In this document: positions 29,372-39,338 of the stretch, piece by piece
Layout: the number at the start of each line of letters is the position of its first letter
Position numbering within the stretch: position 1 is the first letter of the stretch
Assembly (NCBI GenBank): GCA_019057815.1
Contig: JAHLWR010000009.1
Location: 64,001 to 128,000, forward strand
Direction: 5' to 3'
Source of the DNA: Candidatus Heimdallarchaeota archaeon
Lineage (GTDB): Archaea > Asgardarchaeota > Heimdallarchaeia > Heimdallarchaeales > Heimdallarchaeaceae
Length of the DNA stretch: 64,000 nucleotides
Notes under the pieces: model-generated
What the model saw: the letters and a program-made list of their open reading frames with translations, nothing else
Database searches by the model: none
What the model was told of the DNA's origin: nothing
Program-made: the position numbers and the translations under genes

Positions 29372-30220
29372 TTGAAAAGTGATATAAGATGTATACAATG
29401 TATAAATAGAGCTGCAAAAAGAGCTTTAACGTTTCAATCTTTACCTATTGAAAAAATAGAAGACACAATGAAGCTTATTCAACAATACCTTGAGAATGTT
29501 GATAAGAATCTCACGCCAATGCATATTAGTTTCGGTGTATTTGAGATAATTCGTAAAGAAACAGGTATCCATGATGTACTAAAAGAAAAAAAGGATGAAG
29601 CGAATAAAAGTGCTTTACTTCTAAATGATTATGTTGCGAAAATTATCAAAGAAAGCAATGATTCATTGTATGTTTCAATCAAAGTTGCAATTGCTGGTAA
29701 CATCAGTGACTATGGAATAAGTGAAAATTATAATCTATCTAAAACTGTGAATGAGGTTTTACAAAAAGAACCTGTAATAAATGATTATCATTTTTTGAAA
29801 CAAAAGCTCTCCAAATCAAAAAAAATAACTATATTAGCAGACAATGCAGGAGAGATAATTTTTGATCTGCTTATGATAAAGGAAATTAACAGATTGTACC
29901 AAATCAACAGAATAGATCTAATTGTAAAAAAATATCCCTTCTCAAATGATATTTGTAAAGATGATATCAATAATATTAATTTTGAAGGAATAGATAATTT
30001 AACAGTTTTAGCTATCGATAACAGATTAAATGTTGATTACATTCAAGAAGTAAAAAGTACAATCAAAGGCAGTAATATTATCATTTGCAAAGGACAAGGT
30101 AATTTCGAGCTTCTTTATGATGAAAATTTGAAGCTCTTTTTCTTATTTATTGTTAAGTGTAAAACTGTTTCTAATATTCTTTCGGTTGAGAAAGGTGAAA
30201 TTATCTTATCATATAAATAG
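29372..30220 (+). CDS. DUF89/ARMT1-like damage-control phosphatase
   Basis: CIQC, AGNISDYG, DNAGEI.FD, ND, KGQGNFE, KC. Confidence 0.9.
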   Translation: MKSDIRCIQCINRAAKRALTFQSLPIEKIEDTMKLIQQYLENVDKNLTPMHISFGVFEIIRKETGIHDVLKEKKDEANKSALLLNDYVAKIIKESNDSLYVSIKVAIAGNISDYGISENYNLSKTVNEVLQKEPVINDYHFLKQKLSKSKKITILADNAGEIIFDLLMIKEINRLYQINRIDLIVKKYPFSNDICKDDINNINFEGIDNLTVLAIDNRLNVDYIQEVKSTIKGSNIIICKGQGNFELLYDENLKLFFLFIVKCKTVSNILSVEKGEIILSYK

Positions 30221-30290
30221 GAATTTTCATTAATAAAAACAGCTTTTTAAATGTTTAAGAAAATAGAAGGATAGAAGATTTTGGAATGAG

Positions 30291-31607
30291 ATGGCCATGA
30301 GTTTCGAACGTGATAAAGGTGATGACTTTTTTACGAAATTCGATTTCAAAAGAGCTTTTCATTCCTACTTGAAAGCCAGAGTAAAATTTTACTCTCTAGG
30401 CAAAGATGATGAATTGAGAGCAATTAACATCAAAATATCTAGATGTTTAGCTCTACTTGGAAGGAAAGCTGAAGCACTAGACATACTCGAAGAGATTATT
30501 GAGCAGACCAAGGAGCGAGTATTGTTTGAAGAGCATTTTGAAACTCTTCTAGAACTAGCATCAACAAATTTCTCTTACGGTTGTTATGTTGAAGGTTCAA
30601 AACATCTAAACCAAGTTGAAGAAGAAGTTGTATCAGAATCTAATCCCAAAATATTCTTCCGTTATTGGCAAGCTAAAGCTCAATTAATGGTTGTTTATCA
30701 TGATCTCCCAGAAGCTAGAAAGCTCGTTGATTTTTTGATGGAAAAAGCAAAAAAAATGGGTAATGATCCTTATTATTACGAACTTCAAGTTCTTCAAGCG
30801 CAAATTGATGCTGAAGAAGGTGATGTACTAACAGCTTACACAAATATTGAGGAGGCTTACAAATTTTTCCTATCCACTCCTTTTGAAAGAGCAGCATTTG
30901 AAAAAAAGATTATACTCTCACAATTTGTAGAAGAACCTGATGAAACCATTAGATTAATCGACGAGTATCTTGAAAGATATTCACCTGATGATATTCATCC
31001 TATACTCTTTTCAGCTCAAAGGATTGAATTAGAATTACGTTCAGATAAGATTACACCAAAGATGGCTACAGAAAAAGCTGAAAGAGCTCTTTATTCTGCA
31101 CTTAGTATAGAACATCTTGATCTTTCTGCTAAAATCCAGAGATTACTTGCAGGATTGTATCAAACAATCGGAAAAAACAAAGAAGCTTTCAACTCTTTTG
31201 AGAAAGCTCAGAATTACTTCATTTCTCAGAATATGGAGTACGAAGAAGCAGTAACTTTTTTTGTTTTTCTACCAGCTTTTCTCCATTATTTCTCTACAAG
31301 AGCCTTTGGAGGAAGTTTTCATTTTTATGGTGCTGTCAAATTACCTGAAGCCATAGAAGGTCTAGACATATTCAAAGAAATGCTGAGGATAGAAAAATTG
31401 TTTGAGAAATACAACGATCCAGTTAGAGCAAAGATGACTAAATTCTTTTCGATTTCTCACAAAATATCTCAACAAATAATAGAAAAAGATATAGAAAAAT
31501 CAATCAATGAAATGGAAGAGCTTTATCAATGGATGCTAGATAGAGGAGAGTTGCACTATTCTGAAATGATAGGAAAATACCTAGAACTAATCAGTCTACA
31601 TAAATAG
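30291..31607 (+). CDS. TPR-like helical repeat protein
   Basis: Repeated TPR-like helices (LAGLYQTIGKNKEAFNSFEKA). Confidence 0.7.
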   Translation: MAMSFERDKGDDFFTKFDFKRAFHSYLKARVKFYSLGKDDELRAINIKISRCLALLGRKAEALDILEEIIEQTKERVLFEEHFETLLELASTNFSYGCYVEGSKHLNQVEEEVVSESNPKIFFRYWQAKAQLMVVYHDLPEARKLVDFLMEKAKKMGNDPYYYELQVLQAQIDAEEGDVLTAYTNIEEAYKFFLSTPFERAAFEKKIILSQFVEEPDETIRLIDEYLERYSPDDIHPILFSAQRIELELRSDKITPKMATEKAERALYSALSIEHLDLSAKIQRLLAGLYQTIGKNKEAFNSFEKAQNYFISQNMEYEEAVTFFVFLPAFLHYFSTRAFGGSFHFYGAVKLPEAIEGLDIFKEMLRIEKLFEKYNDPVRAKMTKFFSISHKISQQIIEKDIEKSINEMEELYQWMLDRGELHYSEMIGKYLELISLHK

Positions 31608-31615
31608 GTCTTGCT

Positions 31616-32419
31616 ATGAAATATCACAACCCTAATGATAGAATCCGAATTTACAAGCCTTTATACAAATTTCTCAGTATTTTAAATGATGACTTAGAGT
31701 ATGAAATTGAAGAAGGTAAGTACGATTTCATCATCTTGGATTCTCCAACTACTCATACAAAAAAATCCATCTTAGAAGCTATGCCTTGCCCTATTAAGAG
31801 ATTTATAACTATAGCACTGACAGCAAAGAAGATGGTAGAAGAAAATGAGGTTGACGAGAGAAACATTTTATTTTCACTATCAAAAGTTCCATACTATCTC
31901 TTTCCTGAGTTTAATGAAGAAAATGCAGAACTTTATTCTCAAGCAGAAGCAGAGGAGGCAGAAGAGTTTCTGAATAATTTCTTGAAAATTCTTCCTCAAT
32001 ATACTCCAAGGTTTGATAATAACGTTTCAATTATATTGAAACTGGAATATTATATCAACTCTTATCTATATTTTGCATACTCAATGAATGAGAGCAGATT
32101 TCCATACGGGAGTGATTTTTATGATTTTCTGAGTTTCATGATCCACGAATTTTATTCTATTTTGAAACCCCAAGTAGACATTCCTGAGAAGGAACTTCAT
32201 TTGCTGTGTTCAACGTTGAAAACTTATATAGATTATAGAGTAATTCTCTACATATTTGATCATTATCCTGAGCAAGCTTCAGAGTTAACCTTCGTTTTGA
32301 ATAACATCAAAAATTTACAACTAAGTAAATCTGAAAAAGAGTTACTACATGAGTATCTCAGCGATACAATTTTAATAAATAAAAAAGATAAGCAAAAATT
32401 ATTATTTTCTCTTTCTTAA
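31616..32419 (+). CDS. Hypothetical protein
   Basis: 267 aa ORF, co-oriented with the TPR gene. Confidence 0.7.
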   Translation: MKYHNPNDRIRIYKPLYKFLSILNDDLEYEIEEGKYDFIILDSPTTHTKKSILEAMPCPIKRFITIALTAKKMVEENEVDERNILFSLSKVPYYLFPEFNEENAELYSQAEAEEAEEFLNNFLKILPQYTPRFDNNVSIILKLEYYINSYLYFAYSMNESRFPYGSDFYDFLSFMIHEFYSILKPQVDIPEKELHLLCSTLKTYIDYRVILYIFDHYPEQASELTFVLNNIKNLQLSKSEKELLHEYLSDTILINKKDKQKLLFSLS

Positions 32420-32439
32420 TTTTATTTTCCATAATTTTT

Positions 32440-32485
32440 ATGAAACCACCCCTACCTCAAATGAGCGGACTTCTGCTATGTTCAG
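32440..32485 (-). repeat. Dispersed IS200/IS605 right-end-like repeat, copy C
   Basis: Minus strand ctgaacatagcagaagtccgctcatttgaggtaggggtggtttcat; 29/35 identical to copy B. Confidence 0.75.
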
Positions 32486-33706
32486 CTAAATAATCAGCAG
32501 AAATATCAAAACCAAAGATGTTGTTGTTATTAAATCTGCTGTTGAACTTAAGATTGGAATTACAAGGTTATCAGGGTCTAATCTAAAACGATAAGTTAGA
32601 AATGCAGAAGTCATTGCAAGAATTCCTACAAGAGAGAAAGCAATAATATTTGTAATTATTAAGACTAATAAAAATTTAAAATAAAAGACAGCAGTAAAAT
32701 CTGAAGATATCATTAAAAACCCTAAAATACTGATTATAGCACTAATAATTAACCCTGATGACATGATACCTGCAAAGGGGATATAGAATTCATCAGTTTT
32801 AAGGTATTTAACATTAGGTTTGAAATTTCCAAGATGCAATTTAGTAGTAGTTGTATTTGCTAAAACTGATCCCTATCCTCCCACTGTACTAAGTATGGCA
32901 GGATAAACAACCAATAAGATAGGAGAAGTCCGAATAATTTCTCTAAATAAGGTTAAAACACTTCCTGTTCCAGCTGCAATTATATTCGTAAAGGTCAAAG
33001 TAGGTAAAGCTTGCTTTACGCTTTCTCTGATGAAATCATTCTTTCTATGCTTGATTATTAGGAAAGTTGTTACACTTAATATTAAAACAATTAATGGAAG
33101 CCCAAGATAATAATGTAAATTCGTTTTCCAAGGTCGATATAGAAAGCAGATTGAAAAGAAAACTAGTGTTATAATAATATCATTCACTGATGACATTATT
33201 GGATAAACATACACATCTGGATCTCCATTTTTTCTGAATATCCAGAAAGTAATTGTAAAAGTTAATATTAATGAAATCATAGATCCTATAATGAACGTTG
33301 TCATTGATATTGCCAAAATAGTAAAGAAATTGCATTGTATTCCCATTAAAGTTGATACGAGTGTAGCAACAATTCCTACAAGGATAGAATCATAGACGGA
33401 AATGATAACTATCAAAATGATAAGATGTTGAAATCTATCTGTATTTCTCCTAAAAGAAGGTTTTAAACTTCCTAGGTGTAACCCAGAACCTAGTTTACCT
33501 GTTAATATACCATTTATATCTCCTCTAACTGTAAGCATCAACGGGTATATAATGAAAACCCATCCTATATATTCATAAATATCATTTAATAAAACAGCTG
33601 CTCTTCCAGCAAACAATCCTCCAACATTGAAGATCATTCCCATTAGCACGGATAAAGTAAATGTACTATAGCGTGAAAACTTGGAAATGTTGGAAGCCAT
33701 ATACAC
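32486..33706 (-). CDS. MgtE/SLC41-type divalent cation transporter (two repeats) interrupted by an in-frame TAG at 32873-32875
   Basis: Repeat 1 RGDINGIL..LHLG..DPD...P..SSVND; repeat 2 VGG*GSVL..LHLG..DPDN..P..SSTAD; both ORF-track pieces are in the same frame. Confidence 0.85.
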
Positions 33707-33773
33707 AAAGAGAAAAATATTTCTTAATAAATCTAATCGTCACAAATAAAGTAAGAAAAGAAAGATTGGGAGA

Positions 33774-34136
33774 TTAATCTTGACGTAAACCCAGTTTTTC
33801 AATAATTTCAATTCTTCTTTTTGCCAAATGGAAGAACATTTCAGATATTTCTTTGGTTTTGCTTAAATCAGGATCAAAAATTAACAAATCCTTATAGTAT
33901 TTAGAAATGGGAAGATCAGTTGATGCAAATTCTTCTGCTAGATATTTTGCTTCCTTATAATCTTGATTCATAAGATGATAAGAGAATAGTAAGTTTTTAT
34001 GCGCTTTAAGATCTTCAATAGGTATCAAGTCCAAATTTATCAGAAGTATCCAGGAGAGAATATCAAATAATTTAGGTTCACATTTATCGCAAATCTTCTT
34101 TAAATCGACATATCTATCTTCAGTTACAGTACTCAT
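33774..34136 (-). CDS. Hypothetical protein
   Basis: 120 aa ORF with a gtga RBS-like motif upstream. Confidence 0.65.
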   Translation of the reverse strand: MSTVTEDRYVDLKKICDKCEPKLFDILSWILLINLDLIPIEDLKAHKNLLFSYHLMNQDYKEAKYLAEEFASTDLPISKYYKDLLIFDPDLSKTKEISEMFFHLAKRRIEIIEKLGLRQD

Positions 34137-34176
34137 GGTATCACAACCAAATATAAATTACAGAAAATTTACCTAC

Positions 34177-35439
34177 TTAAATATTTTCGCCTTTACAAGT
34201 GGCTTTTTCTCCCTTCTCTTCTTTTTCATCATAGTCATTCTTATCTTTTTTTGTTTTGAATATTCGTAAACTTACAAAATATACTGGTAATACATACGCT
34301 ACTGCCCATACAATATCTATCAGGTAGTGATGATTCAACCATAAAGCTGAAAACCACATTCCTATAGGCCATAAGAGTACAATGTAACCTACTCTTCTCC
34401 ATTTTCTTATTGCAAAAAAAGCTACTATCAATGCATAAGCGCTATGGATACTTGGAACAGCTGCATATTGATTTGAGCTAAGAGCTCCATAAAGAGTCTG
34501 AAATATAGCTAAACCTGATAATTTATCTAGATCGAGTAATCCAGCAGCACTTCCTTCTTCTCCTGGTAAGGGTGCTACGAAATTAAAACCGTTTCCTTCG
34601 TTCCAAACATACCAAGGGGCTGCTGTTGGAAAAAGTATGAAGGTTATATAAGCGATATGTGATGTGAAAAACATAGTATAGACAAACCGCTTGAACTCAG
34701 TTTTATCTTCTACTTTCCTATACAAAAACACACCAATAACTAGTGGTCCAGTAAAATGATTAGCATAAAATATCCCTGCAAGTATATTCAAGAATTTAAC
34801 TAAATTTGTTTGTGTTTCCACAAAAACTATAGGTCCTGTTCGATTGATTAAATTAAGGACATTTACATATTCTAGAAAACCTTCTTCTGGTCTAATCTGT
34901 TTGAATTCCATGAAAGTAAAAGGGATGATGTCTTCTCCCATAAACCAGCCAGTTAACCATACTTCCATATCAAATACTTCTTTAACATATACTCGATGAG
35001 CTAAAGAGTCAGTTATTACTCTTAACATATCGTAACTTATCCATATTAAGATAAAAGGTCCCCAGTAAAGGATGAATTTTCTAGCATCTCCAAAAAACAC
35101 TGCAAGAATTAAGCAAGAAACAAGAGCATGATCAATACGAAAACCCATAAGGAAAACAGCTAATAATAGATAAACAATGACTATAATAATACCAAAAAAA
35201 CGCATGTACATCTTTTGTTTCTTTATATCTAGATTACTCCACCATATTTCAGTTCTCTCGTAAGGATATTTGATTTTCTGAAAGAAAGTTAGGGCAACAC
35301 CATCTTGTTTTATATCAGTGTCTAAACCATTAGAATTAGAATCTTCACGAAGTTGAGTAGATGGTTCTTCTATTAAAGTGTCTTCCATGCTGTTCAGAGT
35401 TACTGTAATGCTCCCATACTTAAGATAATCGAAAGACAT
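34177..35439 (-). CDS. AUR1/inositol-phosphorylceramide-synthase-like PAP2_3 membrane phosphotransferase
   Basis: YDMLR, FPTAAPWY, AAGL..D, AAVPSIHSAY, HHYLID. Confidence 0.85.
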   Translation of the reverse strand: MSFDYLKYGSITVTLNSMEDTLIEEPSTQLREDSNSNGLDTDIKQDGVALTFFQKIKYPYERTEIWWSNLDIKKQKMYMRFFGIIIVIVYLLLAVFLMGFRIDHALVSCLILAVFFGDARKFILYWGPFILIWISYDMLRVITDSLAHRVYVKEVFDMEVWLTGWFMGEDIIPFTFMEFKQIRPEEGFLEYVNVLNLINRTGPIVFVETQTNLVKFLNILAGIFYANHFTGPLVIGVFLYRKVEDKTEFKRFVYTMFFTSHIAYITFILFPTAAPWYVWNEGNGFNFVAPLPGEEGSAAGLLDLDKLSGLAIFQTLYGALSSNQYAAVPSIHSAYALIVAFFAIRKWRRVGYIVLLWPIGMWFSALWLNHHYLIDIVWAVAYVLPVYFVSLRIFKTKKDKNDYDEKEEKGEKATCKGENI

Positions 35440-35551
35440 TCAATATTTTCTTCTATTACACTTTTTATGTACTATCGAATAGAAGTATATCATCTTAAAA
35501 TCAGAGTATTGATACAGAATCTTTTTTACTATTGTCAACCACTACCATTTC

Positions 35552-37126
35552 ATGAGGATTGTCGTAATCTCTGACACTCACATTGGAGGAAGATTCGACG
35601 AAATGGTCTTTTACGATGGAGTAAAAATCGTTAATTCGTTAAAATGTGATTATTTAATACATTGTGGTGATCTAACAAACGATGGCACCTTAGCACAATA
35701 CGAAGTCGCTAAATTATATCTAGAAACAATTACCAAAAAACCTTTTTTAATTGTTCCTGGTAATCACGATACTAAGAACGTTGGAGATTTACTTTGGGAG
35801 GAAATGATAGGACCTAGATATTTTGTACATGTGGATAATAAGAACAAAGTTAAAATTCTTGGTTTGGATTCTACTGAACCTGATAGTAACACTGGACGCA
35901 TGGGTCCAAAAGGAATTAAACGAATCTATGAAGAATTCGGAGAATTGCCCGAGTATTGGTTGAAGGTTCTTGTTTTTCATCACCAAACATTACCTATTCC
36001 ATATACTGGAAGAGAAAGAAGTGCTATTAATGATGCTGGTGATGCAGTTAAAGCTATTCTAGATTGCAATATTCATATTGTTATTAATGGTCATAGGCAT
36101 ATCAGTAATGTTTACAAGATGTCAGATGGAGCTTTACAAGCGTGGATTGTCAATTGTGGAACGCTTTCCTGCAAAAAGACAAGATACCGTGAAGGGTATT
36201 CAATGTCAGTTATTGATGTAAATAGAGCGAAGAACAATTTGATTATTCGATCAATCATTCTCAAACATGATTCAACTAAAGAAAAGATATCCTTTAACGG
36301 TAAATTTCAAGAAGTTATACCACCTATGACGAAGGAACCTTGGGTTTCTTTAATCCAAATCGGAAATACTGACGTTTCAGCTGGAATGTTCAATACTAGA
36401 ATCTTTGATAAAGCAGTTAATATAATAAACAGTCAGGAAACAGATCTGCTTATACATTGTGGAGAAGTTACAGCTTCTTCCCATCTTTATGAATTTGAAC
36501 TAGCTAAGGAGTTACTAGACCAAATTGATCATAAAAAGCTAATTGTTCCAGGAGTAAAAGATGCTTATCCTTTAGGATATGAGCTCTTTCCTGAATTTAT
36601 AGGTGAAATGAATCCTTCATTTGTTGATGACAAACTACATATTTTGGGTTACAATAGTTGCATAATTGACGAGAAAGAAGGCAGATTAGGTAGAGGAAAC
36701 GCTCGTGAAATTGTCGAAAAACTAGCAACAAACTCGAAAATAGGTGTAGTTGTTTTTAATCATACTATTATTCCTCTACCAAGGACTAAACATGACTCGG
36801 AGTTAATGGATGCAGGAGACGTTCTTGCATCATTAGTTAACAATAGAATAAATTTAGTGTTAACTGGAGCAAAAAACAGAGCGGGTTGTTGGCAGGTAGG
36901 TGATACCGTTTTTGCAAATGTAGGAACTTTGAGTAGCTATAACCTAACGACTAGAGCAGGAAATAGTTTTAATATGATCAACATTTTCAAGACAGACATT
37001 GGTCATTATTATGAAATTGATGAGTATCTGCTTGAGGTGAATAAAAAGCGTAATATAGGTAATTTTCATGTTTCTGACACTGTTGAACCCATGCAAGCAC
37101 TAAGGAAACTGAAATATGAAGTTTAA
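35552..37126 (+). CDS. Tandem metallophosphoesterase (CpdA/Icc-like); first domain intact, second degenerate
   Basis: Domain 1 SDTH/GDL/GNHD/HH/GHRH; domain 2 GNTD/GEV/GVKD/NH/GAKN. Confidence 0.85.
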   Translation: MRIVVISDTHIGGRFDEMVFYDGVKIVNSLKCDYLIHCGDLTNDGTLAQYEVAKLYLETITKKPFLIVPGNHDTKNVGDLLWEEMIGPRYFVHVDNKNKVKILGLDSTEPDSNTGRMGPKGIKRIYEEFGELPEYWLKVLVFHHQTLPIPYTGRERSAINDAGDAVKAILDCNIHIVINGHRHISNVYKMSDGALQAWIVNCGTLSCKKTRYREGYSMSVIDVNRAKNNLIIRSIILKHDSTKEKISFNGKFQEVIPPMTKEPWVSLIQIGNTDVSAGMFNTRIFDKAVNIINSQETDLLIHCGEVTASSHLYEFELAKELLDQIDHKKLIVPGVKDAYPLGYELFPEFIGEMNPSFVDDKLHILGYNSCIIDEKEGRLGRGNAREIVEKLATNSKIGVVVFNHTIIPLPRTKHDSELMDAGDVLASLVNNRINLVLTGAKNRAGCWQVGDTVFANVGTLSSYNLTTRAGNSFNMINIFKTDIGHYYEIDEYLLEVNKKRNIGNFHVSDTVEPMQALRKLKYEV

Positions 37127-37138
37127 AATAAAATTTGT

Positions 37139-38473
37139 TTGTATTTTACAAAAATCTTTATTTATAATAAATGGGTAAACAGTAATTTAATGGAAACAAA
37201 AATAAGCAATCACGAAAATAAAAATCCCTTTCCAGTAAAATTCAATAATATATCAGAGGAGTTTAAACCTTGGAAAGATGAAGCAGAGAAAAGAATCTTC
37301 TCTTTAGCAGCAGGGAAAAGAATTTCAAATATAGCTTTAGCAGTCATGAAAATAGGTTTTGGAAAGATTCTCTATGCAGCTAATGAACTAGGAGCTGATT
37401 TTGAAAAAGATAAACCTTACGTTATTTTTGCACCTGATGGGACTATATCTTTAAACAAAGAGAGAACTAAAAGAGGTTTCTCTTATGGATGTAATGTTCG
37501 AGCAGATTTTGGTGGAATGATTGCGACATGTAATAGTATGCCAAACGCTTGTGGTTATACTTTCAGCGAGTTGATAGATAAACAAGATGATACTACTCTA
37601 AAAACTTGGTTGAAACAGAAACAGCTAGAACTAGGTAAAGAGTATATGCCACAATTGGGAAAAGGAAATCATTTTACAGCTGTTTATAGAGTAAGAGATA
37701 TTTTGACTGGAGAAGATACTGGAAGAAGATTCGTAATGGTTCATAGCAGTGGGGGGTTAGGATCAGAATATCTATACAACTTGACATGGTTAAAAGAAGA
37801 GGAAGGATATCATGAAGTTGAAACTCCTCATGGCTCTATCTCTTTTCTAGAAGGAGAAGCTAAGAAAAGATATCTTAAGATTTATCAAGAAGGGGATAAG
37901 AAAAACGAAGAATACAGGAAAATAGTAATGAATAAACATTTTGGCAAGAAAACTTACAAAATTCTGGAAACAATTACACATCAAGGATTATCGAAAGACG
38001 GGCGCTATCATATGTTAGGTATACAAATCCATCAAGGGTTACTTCCTATTGCTTTCAACCCAGAAGAGGGAATACTAGTTGCAAAACCGAGACCGAATTT
38101 AACTAGAGAATTTATTGATACTTGGGAGTACAAAGAAGAAGTGGAAGCTCTAGATTTGTATAGCGAATTAACTAAAATTGATTTCTGCCCTCATGGTGGA
38201 GGTTATGAATTTAAAGTTCCTATTGAAGGATTTGAGATGTTCTTAAGTCCTGAAGGAATAGAGAGTCTAAAAGTTCATACTTTAACACCAAAAGGTAAAA
38301 AGAAAGAACTCAGTGCGAATTATTTCCGCGAAATAAGAGAATTCTTAGCATTTAGACGAAAACTTCCTCTGATGAGAGAAGTATACAGAGCAGGCTTAGC
38401 TGAACCTATCTTTGATTTAACTCCTCTTATGCAAGTTTACCCCTTAGTTAGTATTGTTGGAGGAACTCTATAG
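37139..38473 (+). CDS. Divergent RtcB-like protein (probable start ATG 37190)
   Basis: Ordered motifs APD, PNACG, GKGNHF, VHSSG, THQG, PHGGG parallel RtcB MPD, DIGCG, GGGNHF, HSGS, HN, HGAG. Confidence 0.65.
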   Translation: MYFTKIFIYNKWVNSNLMETKISNHENKNPFPVKFNNISEEFKPWKDEAEKRIFSLAAGKRISNIALAVMKIGFGKILYAANELGADFEKDKPYVIFAPDGTISLNKERTKRGFSYGCNVRADFGGMIATCNSMPNACGYTFSELIDKQDDTTLKTWLKQKQLELGKEYMPQLGKGNHFTAVYRVRDILTGEDTGRRFVMVHSSGGLGSEYLYNLTWLKEEEGYHEVETPHGSISFLEGEAKKRYLKIYQEGDKKNEEYRKIVMNKHFGKKTYKILETITHQGLSKDGRYHMLGIQIHQGLLPIAFNPEEGILVAKPRPNLTREFIDTWEYKEEVEALDLYSELTKIDFCPHGGGYEFKVPIEGFEMFLSPEGIESLKVHTLTPKGKKKELSANYFREIREFLAFRRKLPLMREVYRAGLAEPIFDLTPLMQVYPLVSIVGGTL

Positions 38474-38523
38474 AAAATTTGTGAATTAATAAAATCACAA
38501 CAATAATTAAAATGGGTTAAAAG

Positions 38524-39276
38524 ATGACTAACTATAAAAGACCTTGGAATATTGCTCATCGAGGTTCTTCAGGAGAATATCCTGAAAATACTCTCTCGGC
38601 TTTTTGGAGTGCTGTAAACTCGAATGCAGATATCATTGAAATGGATTTACAACTAACAGCTGATAATCAAGTAGTTGTTTTTCATGATAGAACAGTAGAT
38701 AGAATCTTTAAATTGAAATCTGGAAAAAGTATTAGAGATTTTAATCTCAAGAAACTTAAGGGGTTAGATGTAGGTTCATGGTTCGTTCCTTCATTTGAAG
38801 GCTTAAAAATTCCTACTCTTAATGAAGTTTTAGAAGAATTACCTGAAGACATTTCATTAATATTAGAAATAAAGGGAAAAGAGGATGCTCTTTTTGAAAG
38901 AATTCTCAACATGCTTGATGACTATGAAAGAAAGCTCGGTTTGGGTTATATATCTGTTAGAGATGAGTTAACGTTGACAAATGTAAGAAATTGGAATAAC
39001 ACCCACAAAATTGGTTTAATGCAGAAAAAGAGATCACCAGCTGAATTATTCAACGTTGTAGATGAGTTTATTGTTGAAATCATACAAATTAGATGGAAAA
39101 AATGGCAAGAAAACGATTGGAATGAATTAGAAAAAAGGAAACTTGTAGTTACAGCCTTTTATGCAGATAAAAATGCAGATTACGAATTCTTATGTTCAAG
39201 AAAAGTTAACGGGATTTTTACCAATTTTCCATCGAGACTTACTGAATTTCTTAATAATCATAGAGCTAAAATGTAA
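38524..39276 (+). CDS. Glycerophosphodiester phosphodiesterase
   Basis: IAHRG..PENTLSAF, EMD, HD, IPTL, EIK, GIFTNFP. Confidence 0.92.
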   Translation: MTNYKRPWNIAHRGSSGEYPENTLSAFWSAVNSNADIIEMDLQLTADNQVVVFHDRTVDRIFKLKSGKSIRDFNLKKLKGLDVGSWFVPSFEGLKIPTLNEVLEELPEDISLILEIKGKEDALFERILNMLDDYERKLGLGYISVRDELTLTNVRNWNNTHKIGLMQKKRSPAELFNVVDEFIVEIIQIRWKKWQENDWNELEKRKLVVTAFYADKNADYEFLCSRKVNGIFTNFPSRLTEFLNNHRAKM

Positions 39277-39338
39277 ATTTATGTTCTACTTTTTAAGGTA
39301 ATTATTAGGATTTTTGATTTTGAATTAGAAAGCTAATT

